DNA of 63,715 nt, filler included, from Octopus bimaculoides (taxonomy: Eukaryota), in the NCBI RefSeq assembly GCF_001194135.2. It is 5 parts of 4 records of this genome, joined end to end, with 100 filler letters (N's around TTAATTAATTAA, not from the genome) between each part and the next. Parts side by side here need not be neighbours in the genome. Positions count along the whole stretch, not along the records: positions 1 to 15,637 come from NC_068997.1; 4 more parts are not named here. One strand, given 5' to 3'. Positions 1 through 12,277 of this stretch are shown here, in pieces. Within the stretch, counting starts at the first letter, position 1, and the number at the start of each line of letters is the position of its first letter. Below the pieces are notes generated by a model. That model was not told the origin of the DNA, did not search any database, and was given only the letters and a program-made list of their open reading frames with translations. Made by a program: the position numbers and the translations under genes.

Positions 1-275
1 CTTAAGTACTCTGTCACTTACTCTAACGACCTCGATTACCTTATCCACCCATTTCTCTGCTAGAAGTATTCCTACGCCCCCGACCCCGTCAGTGTTCCCT
101 GCCCAGAAAATCTTGTACCTGTGTTCTTTGCCTGTGAGGAACCTCGCAGAACCTCCTCTCCATCTTACTTCCTGGATGCAGCACATATCTATGCGTCTCC
201 GTTCAAGTATCTCAACAATTTCACCAGATCTACCTTTCAGCGTGCCAATGTTGAGAGTGCCAATCCTAACAATGT
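1..275 (-). mobile_element. RTE LINE 5' part (AP endonuclease N-terminus), continues beyond the window
   Basis: The minus frame reads IRIGTLNIGTLKGRSGEIVEILERRRIDMCCIQEVRWRGG...FWAGNTDGVGGVGILLAEKW, a typical APE domain. Confidence 0.9.
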
Positions 276-1082
276 GGGTGTTGGGGGTGTGGGCCTGTAG
301 CCTGGTATGGGGAAAAGCAGTGTCGTGTACCTGAAAAGAAAACTTGCAATTGGCAGAATTCATAAGCAAAACAGTACCTACAGCCTGCAAACATTACACA
401 AACTTTATGCGCTGATCTATATAATATTGGTTTCAAATTTTGGCACAAGGCCAGCAAGTTCCAAAGAGTGGGTAAGTCAGTTAGATTGACCCAAAGTTCA
501 ACTGGTACTTATTTTATCGACCCTGCTCAGTGAAATTTAAACACAGAACATAAAGCATTTTGTCCAGCATGCTAACAATTCAACCAGCTCACCGCTTTAT
601 TGATTTGTAAAATATTAAAGACTCAGCTGCCTACACAAATCTCCACCCATAAAAGATAAAGGTAAGGAAGAGATATTCAGTGCATACTAGGTGTTTCTAA
701 TTTTGGCACAAGGCTAGTAATTTTGATGAGAGGGTGCTAGTTGATTGCACCAACCCCTGCACTTGACTGCTATTATAATTTTATTGACCCTGAAAGAAAC
801 AGTAGGAGTCATTTTTGTTGACACTCTTATGATTCTGCCAAGCCACTGCTCTTATTCAATGTAAAATAATCAAAGAATTAAACTTATTTTTCTCCAATAT
901 TTATTAAATCTTCACAACACTATATAGTGCAGTTACTGCACCAAAGTACAAAACAGTCTGAATATCTATTTGATTCAGACCAATACTGTTACAGGTCTAT
1001 GTACACAAACAGAGAAATACAAACAAAACATTGACATTACTTTGATAAGTCTATATCTCATCTAGGAGTGGCAAAGTTGTGT

Positions 1083-1088
1083 TTTATT
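1083..1088 (-). promoter_or_regulatory. Candidate AATAAA polyadenylation signal of ATP6V1F
   Basis: AATAAA on the minus strand about 350 nt after the stop. Other AATAAA hexamers lie further on, so this choice is uncertain. Confidence 0.3.
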
Positions 1089-1434
1089 TTCAGGAAAAAA
1101 TAACAAATTATAAAAATACCTCAAAAAGAAAAACAAAAAATGACTCAAAAAAGAAATAACATAAACAAGAAAATATTCAATTTGTGATGAACAATAAACC
1201 AACAATTTGATATTTATCTTTCATCTTGATTAATGTCATAATTATTATTATTCCTTCAACGTATCCAATGGTGACACCAGTAACTAATCTAAGGAATGAA
1301 ATTTCAATATCAAATCTTCATAGCCAATCTTTCAGGAATGTAGAACTTTAAAGGATGCCATAGTGAAGGAAATATAACCCTTTGAATGTAAAGCACCACA
1401 GTAGCTCAAGGTAACAAGATCAAAATTATTGGTA

Positions 1435-1464
1435 TCATCGGAATTCTTCAGCAGAAAACATACC
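1435..1464 (-). CDS. ATP6V1F: V-ATPase subunit F terminal coding exon (GMFSAEEFR*)
   Basis: A long polypyrimidine tract ending ttccag precedes GGT ATG TTT TCT GCT GAA GAA TTC CGA TGA. This resembles the subunit F C-terminus (GMFTAEDLR in vertebrates). Confidence 0.95.
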   Translation of the reverse strand, partial: GMFSAEEFR

Positions 1465-1589
1465 CTGGAAAAAAAAAGAAAAAAAAAAAAGGAAGAAATT
1501 AAATGTAAAATGAAGAAAAGGAATAAGGTATTAGAGCAATATCTTATAATTTACTACTTGTCTGAAATGACAAGACTTCTAAATCCTAG

Positions 1590-1903
1590 TGTGGTGTAGT
1601 GGTTAAGGTATTTGGCTCACAATCATAAGGTCACGAGTTCAATTCCCGGCAACGTGTTGTGTCCTTGAGCAATACACTTTATTTCATGTTGCTCCAATCC
1701 ACTTAGCTGGTAAAGATGAGTAGAACCTATATTTCAAAGGGCCAGCCTTGTCATACACTGTGTCACACTGAATCTCTCTGAGAACTATGATAAGAGTACA
1801 TCTGTCTGTGGAGTGCTCAGCCACTTGCATGTTAATTTCACAAGCAGGCTGCTCTGTTGATCGGATCAACTGGAACCCTCACTGTCGTAAACAATGAAGT
1901 GCC
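1590..1903 (+). mobile_element. tRNA-derived SINE, second family (short form)
   Basis: tRNA-like head plus the shared body GCTCAGCCACTTGCA.GTTAATTTCAC.AGCAGGCTG. Other copies at about 16190-16470, 20405-20705, 22905-23125, 35200-35500, 59515-59810 and 60603-60830. Confidence 0.85.
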
Positions 1904-2931
1904 ATATATATTCTATTATGTTTTAATACAAAGTAGATTATGTATGACAGTGAAAGCAGCAGTTAAACAGGTATGTCTGCTGCCTCTTAGAATCCCTACT
2001 GTCCACTAACCTGGTGTTTATTAGATGAAAGAACAATTTCTCCATAGATAGGCTGCCAGTCTACAGTAGGAAGAATGAAACACAGTATTGTCAAATAATG
2101 AATCTCTTACAAATGCCACTGCATAGCCAGTTTACAGCATTCAATTGCTTTGCAGTATCTTCTTTGAGAGGTAAGCCTCTTTGTCAATGATAATGCAGTA
2201 ATGGAAGAAGATACAATCATCCAAATCCTGTTCTTATCAAAAGATATACAGTCTATCTTGCTAAGAACATAAATACCTACATCAGGGATTGAACTTGTAT
2301 CCATTGTAAAAGTGATCTTGAAGGCTTGCTATGCAGGCAAATTGAATGGCGAAAAAGGAAATTTATAAAGATGTACAGACTGATAAAACTATTTCACTCA
2401 GTTATTCAAGTAATCAGGAATATCCTTATTGATACAGTTTGTCATAAAGATGTTAGCTGAAAAATTGTTTTACAGATTACAAGTGCTGAGATCGTATCTT
2501 CTCATGCACAAAACTTGTTATGGATCAAATACTTTGGCTAAACCCCGGCAGCTACTGATCGATACAGTCTAAATCAGTCACGCACAAACTCCGACCTGTA
2601 AACCGCATATGGGCCATGAGACTGTCTGAATGGCATGCCAACAAAAAATTACATTTTAATTTTTTTTTTTAGCAGTGTGGCTCACCTGATGAGCCATGTT
2701 TCATAGGGTCCAGTTCTCAAGAAAGGTTGTCTATACCTGATCTAAAAACAAAGACACACAAAAATTTTGGAGACAGATCAATTGAAGACTTAAGTCACAT
2801 ATTCTTGACCTTATGCCCTACACCTTTCCCCTTGTTTAAATGTATTAAATTGAAAAAAAGAGAAAAATAATAATATATGTGTCTATGCAATAAAACTATT
2901 GCAGACTTAAAAAAAAAAAACAGGCTCTTAC

Positions 2932-3054
2932 CTTGGCTCTTCTAAGAATAGAATCTTTACTAGGGTCATAGGGGTGATCTTTACTTGGAATTTCTAGGAC
3001 AGCAGGGATTGGTAAAGTGTGCGAATCAATAGCATGACGGATTAATTCAGCAAT
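2932..3054 (-). CDS. ATP6V1F: V-ATPase subunit F exon ([41 protein letters not shown])
   Basis: Contains the hallmark [23 protein letters not shown]. Acceptor gtacag, donor gtaaga; 123 nt, phase 0 to 0. Confidence 0.98.
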
Positions 3055-4487
3055 CTGTACCAAAAAAAAAATAAATAAACACAACTAATTATGCTTTTGC
3101 TTTAGGTAATTAAATGACCAAAAAATGCAACATGTTTTTCCGCATTTTATACTCCAGTTACTTTTTTTCAAGTTGGAAAGGATGGAGAAGTGTATTGAAG
3201 GGGACAAAATTATGTGTACCTACTAAACTTTTCAATGGTAAAAGGAAATCATTTATAGCATCTTGGAGAAAGAAGAGTGAAATTTTAAAAAATTTACCTT
3301 GAGGAATAGCACAAGCCATAGTTCACTAATCCAAAACCGACCGAGTGAAGGTGGTTAGGGTTATCATATTGGTGGAACAAAATGATTTATTTAATCTCTT
3401 TATCTTTAATTTATTTCAGTCATTTTTTGCGGCCATGCTGGGGCAATAACTTGAAGAAATCTAGTCAAATGAATCGACTTCAGAACTTTTTTTTTAAGCC
3501 TGGTACTTACTTTAATGGTCTCTTTTGCAAACCCACTAACTTACTGAGATGTAAACACACTAACACTGCTTGTCAAGAGGTAGTGGGGAGACAAACTCAG
3601 ACATGAAGACATGCACACACACATATATACAACAGGCTTCTTTTCAGTTTCCTTCCACCAAAACCACTGCCATGCAGTAGAACTGAACCCAGAAACATGG
3701 TTGAGAAGCAAACTTTTTTCCCACACAGTCACGCCTGCAGGAAGCAGATATATCCACATAAAATATCATTACTTTTGACTGTAGCAAGTAATAATTTTAT
3801 ATAGCAAGCTTCTTTTGAGGAATGTCGTTTGAAACTATTTTCTGTTGCGATATATCAGGTTTATTGAGACAGCATGACTTGCAGAAAATACCAATTCTAT
3901 TTATTGGTAGATATTTAACATCATTCCTAGAATAACAATGAAATTTAATTTTGCGGTTAATGGCTTTAAGTGCAAATTATGGCTCAGTAACATCATTGTT
4001 TCTTTCATCGTTTGAACTGAAAATTAGAAATATCGGGCTTGCAAAATTACTTGTCCTAATGCTTCCAAATTTACAAAATGCCACTCCAACAACATAATAA
4101 CTGGATGTACAACATTTTGTTAATTGTTTTATCATAAAGTATGCAATTGGAAATGAATCTTGCCCAGAAAACAGCAGAATTTATTTTTTGGAATTGTTAG
4201 AAAATGTTTGCAAATTCATGTTCCACACATGGGATTTCATATAAATATGCAAAAATCCACCAAAAATTAAAATTTATGGCACTTGATTTAAGGGCTATTT
4301 ACGTGTTATTTTTTAGCACATCTCATACCCTCTTTGTTTGTATGTCAGTGTGATGTGTTGATGTTTTTCAATATCTTTCTCCCCATAATGGTCTATTGCT
4401 GGGGTTTAAGGCAAACATTCAGACTGTCCATATTTTAAACTGTGATTTAAAAAAAAATTTCGAAAAATTTTAAAAAATCTTTTTTCC

Positions 4488-5655
4488 TCATCATCGTTAT
4501 TTAACGTCCACTTTCCATGCTGGCATGGGTTGGACGGTTTGATGAGGGCTGGCAAGCCAGAAGGCTGTACCAGGCTCCAATCCAATCTGGCAAAGTTTCT
4601 ACAGCTGGATACCCTTCCTAACGCCAACCACTCAGAGAGTGTGGTGGGTGCTTTTTACATGCCACCGGCACGAGCGTCAGTCAGGCGGTACTGGCATCGA
4701 CCACGTTTGGATGGTGCTTTGTATGTGCCACCAATATGGGAGCCAGTCAGGAAATGATCATGCTTGAATAGTGCTTTTGACGTGCAACTGGTACGGGTGC
4801 TAATCAGGCGGTACTGTCATCGGCCACGACAACAATTTCACTTGCCTCAACAGGTCTTCACAAGCACAGTTTATTGCTGCACTGGCATAGGCCACAGTTA
4901 AGGTCACACTTGGTTTGCCGGGTCTTCTCAAGCACAGTATATCTTGTCAATTCCTCGGTGAGGACCAATATTCAAAGGTCGTGCATCACCACCTCATCCT
5001 AGATCTTCCTGGGTGTACCTCTTCCACAGGTTCGCTCTACTGCTAGAGTGCGACACTTCTTAAGTCCAACTTTTTTCTCAGGGCGCTTACATGTCCTTAG
5101 CAGTCACGGCCCATGTTTCACTGCCATGTAACATAGCTGTTCGTACACATGCGTCATACAGTCTACCTTTTACTCTGAGCGAGAGGCCCTTTGTCCCCAG
5201 CAGAGGTAGGAGCTCTCTAAACTTTGCCCAGGCTATTCTTATTCTAGCAGCTACACTTTCAGAGCATCCACCCCCGCTACTGACTTGGTCTGCTAGGTAA
5301 CAGAAGCTATCAACTACTTGTAGTTTGTCTACCTGGAATGTAACAGAAGCTGTTTTCTGCACATTTTCAGTGTTTATAGCACCTGAGCATTTGCCACATT
5401 CAAAAACTATCTTCCCAGTTAGCCTTCCTTTGATATTGCTGCACCTCTTATGTGTCCATAGCTTACACTGGGTACATCTTATGGAGTTTCTACCTATGCC
5501 TTTTCTACAGATCGAGTAGGGCCATCTACCTGAAGGGATTTGTGGTTTGTCTGCCTTCCTACCTATTAGGACTTTGGTTTTAGCTAGGTTGACTCTAAAG
5601 ACCCCTTCAATTCTAATCCTTGCTTCCACACTTGAAACCAGAGGTTGCAATGTGT
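4488..5655 (-). mobile_element. 5'-truncated RTE LINE (RT C-terminus with PHD-like finger, 3'UTR, (GAT)n tail) in an ATP6V1F intron
   Basis: ORF 5087-5650 ends in YDACVRTAMLHGSETWAVT. The 3' end is the shared ...CATGGAAAGTGGACGTTAAAT...GATGATGA. Confidence 0.92.
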
Positions 5656-6753
5656 TGGTGTACTCTTACACGGCGGTGCATCAGCATGGCCGCAGCTCTA
5701 AGCTGAAACTATAAACAAACAATTATTAAGGTGGCAAAGTGGCAGAATTGTTAGCACACCAGACAAAATGCTTAGTGGCATTTCATCAGTCATTACACTC
5801 TGAGTTCAAATTCTACCAAAGTTGACTTTGCTTTTCATCCTTTTGGGGTTGATAAAGTAAGTACCAGTTGAGTAGTGGGGAAGAGATGGGAGAAGAGAAG
5901 TGTCAATGTAAACGGCTTCCCCTCCCCTCCCTTCAAAACTGCAGGGCCTGTGCCAAACTTTGAAATTCTTATTATTAAGGTGACAAGCTGGAAGAATCGA
6001 TTGAGCATCAGATGAAATGCTTAGTGGTAGTCCTAACTTTACAGTCTGAGTTCAAATTCCATTGGAGTCAACCTCTTGCCTTCCATCCCTCCAGGGTCAA
6101 TAAAACAAAGTACCTGTCAAATACTGGTCAATGGTATCAACTAATTTCATCACGTCAAAATTGCTAGTTTTGTGATATTATTATTATTATTATTGAGAGG
6201 GCAATGCATGCCATCATGACTATCTGTTTGATAAGGGTACACCAGGCACATGCATCACAACCATATGTGTGCAACACGGTGACCTCATATCAAAATAAAC
6301 AGTGCATGACCTTCAGGTGGTGTCCAGTTAGAATATTCTTCAGGTCAAGTAGCCCATCCTGGTCAAAAGGTTCCTGAATAAGGGTCTTTAAGGATGATGA
6401 ATGAAACATGTTTCCAGCATCAGAATATATATATGTGGATGACTGTGTAGCTTCTTGACTGATGAAGTTAATCCCTTACCTCATTTACCACTACCACTTA
6501 ATTCATGGGTCCCTTTAGCAGTGTTCACACTATTGCAAATATTTGGGCAAGGCCCCTGGTCTTAGGATAACTTTCTCATTTCCTTCTAGGAGTGTTAAAA
6601 AGGCTATAAATACAAACCTTCTTTCAACTAATCCATTAAAAATAAAATTCATTTGAAATATCAGATTTCCTTTGTTGAGAATAAAGTAATCCGTATGTTA
6701 GACAGTTTTATCAAGCATAAGAGGTAAAGAAAGAAAGGTAAGAATCCACTTAC

Positions 6754-6836
6754 ATTTTGGTTTATCAGAATAATTGCTATGTCTGCACGCAATAATAATG
6801 CACGGAAAAACTCTTCTATTTCACTGATACTGGTGT
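6754..6836 (-). CDS. ATP6V1F: V-ATPase subunit F exon ((N)TSISEIEEFFRALLLRADIAIILINQN)
   Basis: Matches T.I.EIE..F...L.R.DI.IILINQ of subunit F. Acceptor ttttttatag, donor gtaagt; 83 nt, phase 1 to 0, in frame with both neighbours. Confidence 0.97.
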
Positions 6837-7962
6837 CTATAAAAAAGAAAAAAATGAAATGGTAATTTTATAAGACATTTCAAAATAGTTCCGAAATTAC
6901 AACTCTAAGAATGTTTTATTTGCCACAGGGACATACAAAAACAAACATTACAAGACTTAATTGAAAATTGGTTTCTTTACAAAGCACAAAGTTTATTTTC
7001 TGTTTTTTTAGTAAATGAGAAATGTGACATTAAAGGTTCTCTCAAATGAGAGAAGCGGTTACATCAAGGACTGAAACTGTGTGAGTCTCAACTTGTTATT
7101 AGCTAATCTATTGTTCTATGACACTCATTATACAACTACATAAAATATTGGTTTCAAATTTTGGCACAAGGCCTGCAATTTCAGGGAAGGGGCTAAGTTA
7201 ATTACATTGACTCCAGTGCTTGACTGGTACTTGTTTTATTGATCCTGAAAGGATGAAAGGCAGATTCAATCCCAGCGACATTTGAACTAAGATGTGAATA
7301 CTGACAAAATGCTGCTAAGCATTTTGCCTGGCATGCTGATGATTCTGCCAGCTCACCAACTTAAAAACAACATAAGATATTACATAGAAAAATGTTTCAT
7401 GGTTGAAATTGATAAAATATGTAACAGACACTGGGTGCTTAACCAATATAGAATTGATATGACTTGATGGCAATTACATTTGGAATGGCAAGAAACAATA
7501 GTAGTTACACATTATATAGAATTAGAATATCATCAGCTTATGTTGAAAATTTGGGAAATGACATACCATGAAAAGTAAGATTTATTAGCTTATACCTTTT
7601 TAATAAATGGTTTATGTATATTTTCACCTGTATTTCATTTTTTTTAATACTTTAGTATTGGTTTTTAGGTGGTTATCTTTTTAAAAAATTGTTATGCTGT
7701 TAGACATGCTTGCTGAGACCGTCATAAAGTTGAATAAAATCAATTGAAGCTGAGGTTTAGTTTCCTCTATTCATTTCTTTAAAATGATATAACACTGAAA
7801 AAGATGTTAATTGAATAATCTAAGTTGAAGTACGCCTGTATACTGTGCAGCTCAGAGAGAAATTATTAATCATCATAGTCATAAGGAATCACTAACCAGA
7901 TAATTAACAGTAATTATATTATTTTGGTCTTGAAATTGAAATGTAAAAAACATAGTAGTTAC

Positions 7963-8044
7963 TTTTATTAACAACCAGAAAGTTCTGTTGTCTATTCTTG
8001 TTGAGTTCACCAATTCCACCAAGGAGGAAGCCAACACAGGTATC
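7963..8044 (-). CDS. ATP6V1F: V-type proton ATPase subunit F, internal coding exon ([27 protein letters not shown])
   Basis: The translation matches the conserved V-ATPase F N-terminal motif DT.GFLLGG.GE.NKNR..NF.VV. Acceptor ttgacag, donor gtaac; 82 nt, phase 0 to 1. Confidence 0.97.
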
Positions 8045-8204
8045 CTGTCAAAGTGTAAATTTTTGAAATATTAAAATTGATTAATTTCAAAATATAGAAT
8101 AGGGATCAAATGATATAATGAAATAATACTCCTTTAATTCATATAAGTTTTTCCTACCAGTTTGTAAAGAATTATTTCCAAAATATAACATTCCTAAAGT
8201 ATTA

Positions 8205-8397
8205 TGAAGGGGTACTGAAAAGTTCCTGGCTTTGGGTCAAAGAAAATACATACTCAACATATTCCTCTTTCAGATTCACACACCTGTAGCAGTGGCCCTT
8301 CAGTTTTCCGAAGTCCTGTAAAAGAACTTGCAAGGTTGGGTATCCAACCAAGCCTTTCACGATACTCTTAAAGCCAAGAACTTTTCAGCACCCTTTG
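8205..8397. mobile_element. Mariner-derived MITE
   Basis: TIRs TGAAGGGGTACTGAAAAGTTCCTGGCTTT / AAAGCCAAGAACTTTTCAGCACCCTTTG, flanked by TA. Confidence 0.8.
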
Positions 8398-8515
8398 TAA
8401 GTATTAAGCACATCTTCAGTTTTTGAAGGCCCTTCAAGATAGAGATAGGTATAACTGAGCATAACTGAAAGGATTGATGGTGATAGAAGCAATACAAAGT
8501 TAAGGAAGAATTTCT

Positions 8516-9596
8516 AGAGATGAGGTTAACTAGCAAGTTAGTTTTTGTTTGTGGCAGATGTTCAGGTGCAATAAAGACTGCAAACAAACAGGAAACAACT
8601 TCTATCTCATTCCAGGGTGAAAAACTAGAGGTAGTCGATAGCTTCCGCTATCTGGGCGACCAAGTTAGTAGTGGGGGTGGGTGCGCTGAAAGTGTAGCTG
8701 CTAGAATAAGAATAGCCTGGGCAAAGTTTAGAGAGCTCTTACCCCTGCTGGCGACAAAGGGACTCTCACTCAGAGTAAAAGGCAGACTGTATGACGCATG
8801 CGTACGAACAACCATGCTACATGGCAGTGAAACATGGGCTGTAACTGCTGAGGACATACGTAAGCTCGCAAGNNNNNNNNNNNNNNNNNNNNNNNNNNNN
8901 NNNNNNNNNNNNNNNNNNNNNNNNNNNNNNNNNNNNNNNNNNNNNNNNNNNNNNNNNNNNNNNNNNNNNNNNNNNNNNNNNNNNNNNNNNNNNNNNNNNN
9001 NNNNNNNNNNNNNNNNNNNNNNNNNNNNNNNNNNNNNNNNNNNNNNNNNNNNNNNNNNNNNNNNNNNNNNNNNNNNNNNNNNNNNNNNNNNNNNNNNNNN
9101 NNNNNNNNNNNNNNNNNNNNNNNNNNNNNNNNNNNNNNNNNNNNNNNNNNNNNNNNNNNNNNNNNNNNNNNNNNNNNNNNNNNNNNNNNNNNNNNNNNNN
9201 NNNNNNNNNNNNNNNNNNNNNNNNNNNNCCCTGGACTGGTTCTTGTGCGGGTGGCACATGAGATGCACCAGTTTGAGCGTGGCCGTTGCCAGTACCGCCT
9301 GACTGGCTCCTGTAGGATTTTCGAGCGAGATCGTTGCCAGTGCCCCTGGACTGGCTTGTGCGGGGGGCACATAAAAGACACCATTTCGAGCGTGGCCGTT
9401 TTCGTGCGGGTGACACGTAAAAGCACCCACTACACTCTCTGAGTGGATGGCGTTAGGAAGGGCATCCAGCTGTAGAAACTCTGCCAAATCAGACTGGAGC
9501 CTGGTGTTGCCATCCGGTTTCACCAGTCCTCAGTCAAATCGTCCAACCCATGCTAGCATGGAAAGCGGACGTTAAACGATGATGATGATGATGATG
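8516..9596 (+). mobile_element. 5'-truncated RTE LINE, same family, spans a gap
   Basis: Reads LEVVDSFRYLGDQVSSGGGCAESVAARIRIAWAKFRELLPLL. The 3'UTR and (GAT)n tail end at 9596. Confidence 0.92.
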
Positions 9597-9786
9597 TACT
9601 ATATTAGGAAAGTGAAGACTTGTTTAACACAATTTAGGAAGGTGAGAGAGTGTGAAAGAGAAGTAGCTGCTTCAAAAGAGTTCAAATACAAAAAATGTTG
9701 TAATAATAATGAAAGAGACTGACAAAAATGGGTTGCTATAAATTAATCAAATGGTGGAGTATTTTAAAATTAGGTGTTATCTAGAA

Positions 9787-10085
9787 GAGCAGTCTTCAAT
9801 TTTTTTCTCATCACAGAATAGTTTCATGCAAGAAAATTTTTCCACAGACTGGGAGGTCATGGTCATAAAATACAATAAAGTGCATAATATATAATTTTAT
9901 CATTACATACATAATGCATATATATTACATATTTAATACATATACATAATGCAAAAACACTCTACAGACAGCAGTTGTCAATAAAACGGAAATAAAAGTT
10001 TAAAATTTTATTCTTTCTGTGTGGTTCTGTACCAAACAGTACATGACCCGGTATTGGTACATGAATTGTTGGTTAGGGACCCTTG
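9787..10085. mobile_element. hAT-Charlie-like MITE
   Basis: Degenerate CAGCGGTCCCCAAC-type ends; NTCTAGAN target duplication (atctagaa / gtctagag). Confidence 0.6.
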
Positions 10086-10469
10086 GTCTAGAGTATACAG
10101 GTATGTGATTAGTGTACCACTGTCTATAATGGGTTAGTAATATATACATGTAGGAGATACTTGTGTTGCATTTGTCAGCAACTTTTAAGGGTTCAAGTGT
10201 TTCTTTAATTGGGAGTGAACTTATCCTTTTCATTAGATAAGGATTTCTATTAGATAATCACAGTATCTATCCACCCTTAGATTTTCTACTATCTTGTTGC
10301 AACAATCAACAACTTTAGTTTAGATAGGTGACATCAAGGTTAATTGTCTGAAAGCAAGTAATAGCATTTACAACTCTCAAGACTCTCTCTCTCTCTCATT
10401 ATATATATATATATATATATATACTCGCTCTCTCTCATTATATATATATATATATACTCGCTCTCTCTC

Positions 10470-10503
<34 letters not shown>

Positions 10504-12277
10504 NNNNNNNNNNNNNNNNNNNNNNNNNNNNNNNNNNNNNNNNNNNNNNNNNNNNNNNNNNNNNNNNNNNNNNNNNNNNNNNNNNNNNNNNNNNNNNNNN
10601 NNNNNNNNNNNNNNNNNNNNNNNNNNNNNNNNNNNNNNNNNNNNNNNNNNNNNNNNNNNNNNNNNNNNNNNNNNNNNNNNNNNNNNNNNNNNNNNNNNNN
10701 NNNNNNNNNNNNNNNNNNNNNNNNNNNNNNNNNNNNNNNNNNNNNNNNNNNNNNNNNNNNNNNNNNNNNNNNNNNNNNNNNNNNNNNNNNNNNNNNNNNN
10801 NNNNNNNNNNNNNNNNNNNNNNNNNNNNNNNNNNNNNNNNNNNNNNNNNNNNNNNNNNNNNNNNNNNNNNNNNNNNNNNNNNNNNNNNNNNNNNNNNNNN
10901 NNNNNNNNNNNNNNNNNNNNNNNNNNNNNNNNNNNNNNNNNNNNNNNNNNNNNNNNNNNNNNNNNNNNNNNNNNNNNNNNNNNNNNNNNNNNNNNNNNNN
11001 NNNNNNNNNNNNNNNNNNNNNNNNNNNNNNNNNNNNNNNNNNNNNNNNNNNNNNNNNNNNNNNNNNNNNNNNNNNNNNNNNNNNNNNNNNNNNNNNNNNN
11101 NNNNNNNNNNNNNNNNNNNNNNNNNNNNNNNNNNNNNNNNNNNNNNNNNNNNNNNNNNNNNNNNNNNNNNNNNNNNNNNNNNNNNNNNNNNNNNNNNNNN
11201 NNNNNNNNNNNNNNNNNNNNNNNNNNTATATATATATACATATATACGACGGACTTCTTTCAGTTTCCATCTACCAAATCCACTCACAAGGCTTTGGTCA
11301 GCCCGAGGCTATAGTAGAAGACACTTGCCCAAGGTGCCACACAGTGGGACTGAACTTGGATCCATGTGGTTGGTAAGCAAGCTACTTACCACACAGCCAC
11401 TCCTGCGCCTATATATATATATATATATATGATGATGATCATGGTTTATCCCTGTGATACATAAATTGATTTATTATGTGTCCTTTTAATGATAGATATA
11501 CAAGTTTAATTTTAAAATTTTGATATATATAAATTTTAATTTCACATCTTATCTATGGGTCCTTTATATTGGTGTAGTAAGTCTAAATGTACTTTACCAT
11601 ACCATTTTAAATTAATGCCACTTCATTGTTTTTGTATACTGCCTTAATTGATTATTTACATAATTATACACTATTTCATTTTATTTCATTAATTCATAAT
11701 TAGCCTTTATTTATTCACATATTAATTAAACAATATTGGTATCTCAATTATTTCAAACTTAGCATATGTAAAACAATACTGATACATTATTCTGATTAAT
11801 GAAAACTATGAATAACCATTTACTGTATCTGTATACAATACAGCAACTTTATTTTTTATATACTTTTGACCTAGGTGCCTTATGGTAAGACTTCCCCTGT
11901 TCCATTATAAACTGGTCTGCTAGTAGGGACCCCCCCCCCATAGTAGTTTGTCACCAAACCCTAAGAAATTTTTATAATAACTATATCATCCATGCTTACT
12001 GTCTATACTGTTTACCCCTGACTCTAAAAAGAAAATACCAGTGTCCTCTTAGGCTTTGGATCTCTAGGTCTGATAAGATAGTCCATAAATCGGAACCAAA
12101 AAAAAAAAAAAAAAAAAATCAGTGACAGTTAAAAATCTGCTTAGAATTATTTACTAGTCTGTATGGTCTAAGTCAAAGTGGTTTTTGTATTCCTCCTTCC
12201 TACTTGGAGAGTTTAGATTTAATCATAAAAATATGTCCTTCTGTTGAAATGTAATGTCATTAAATTTCTATATCTTT

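Noticed and set aside
10340-11287. Long ORFs with X runs (also 17254, 31880, 39198, 49367, 55161, 56752 and others)
   Set aside because: They are open only because they cross N gaps and TA/CA repeats.
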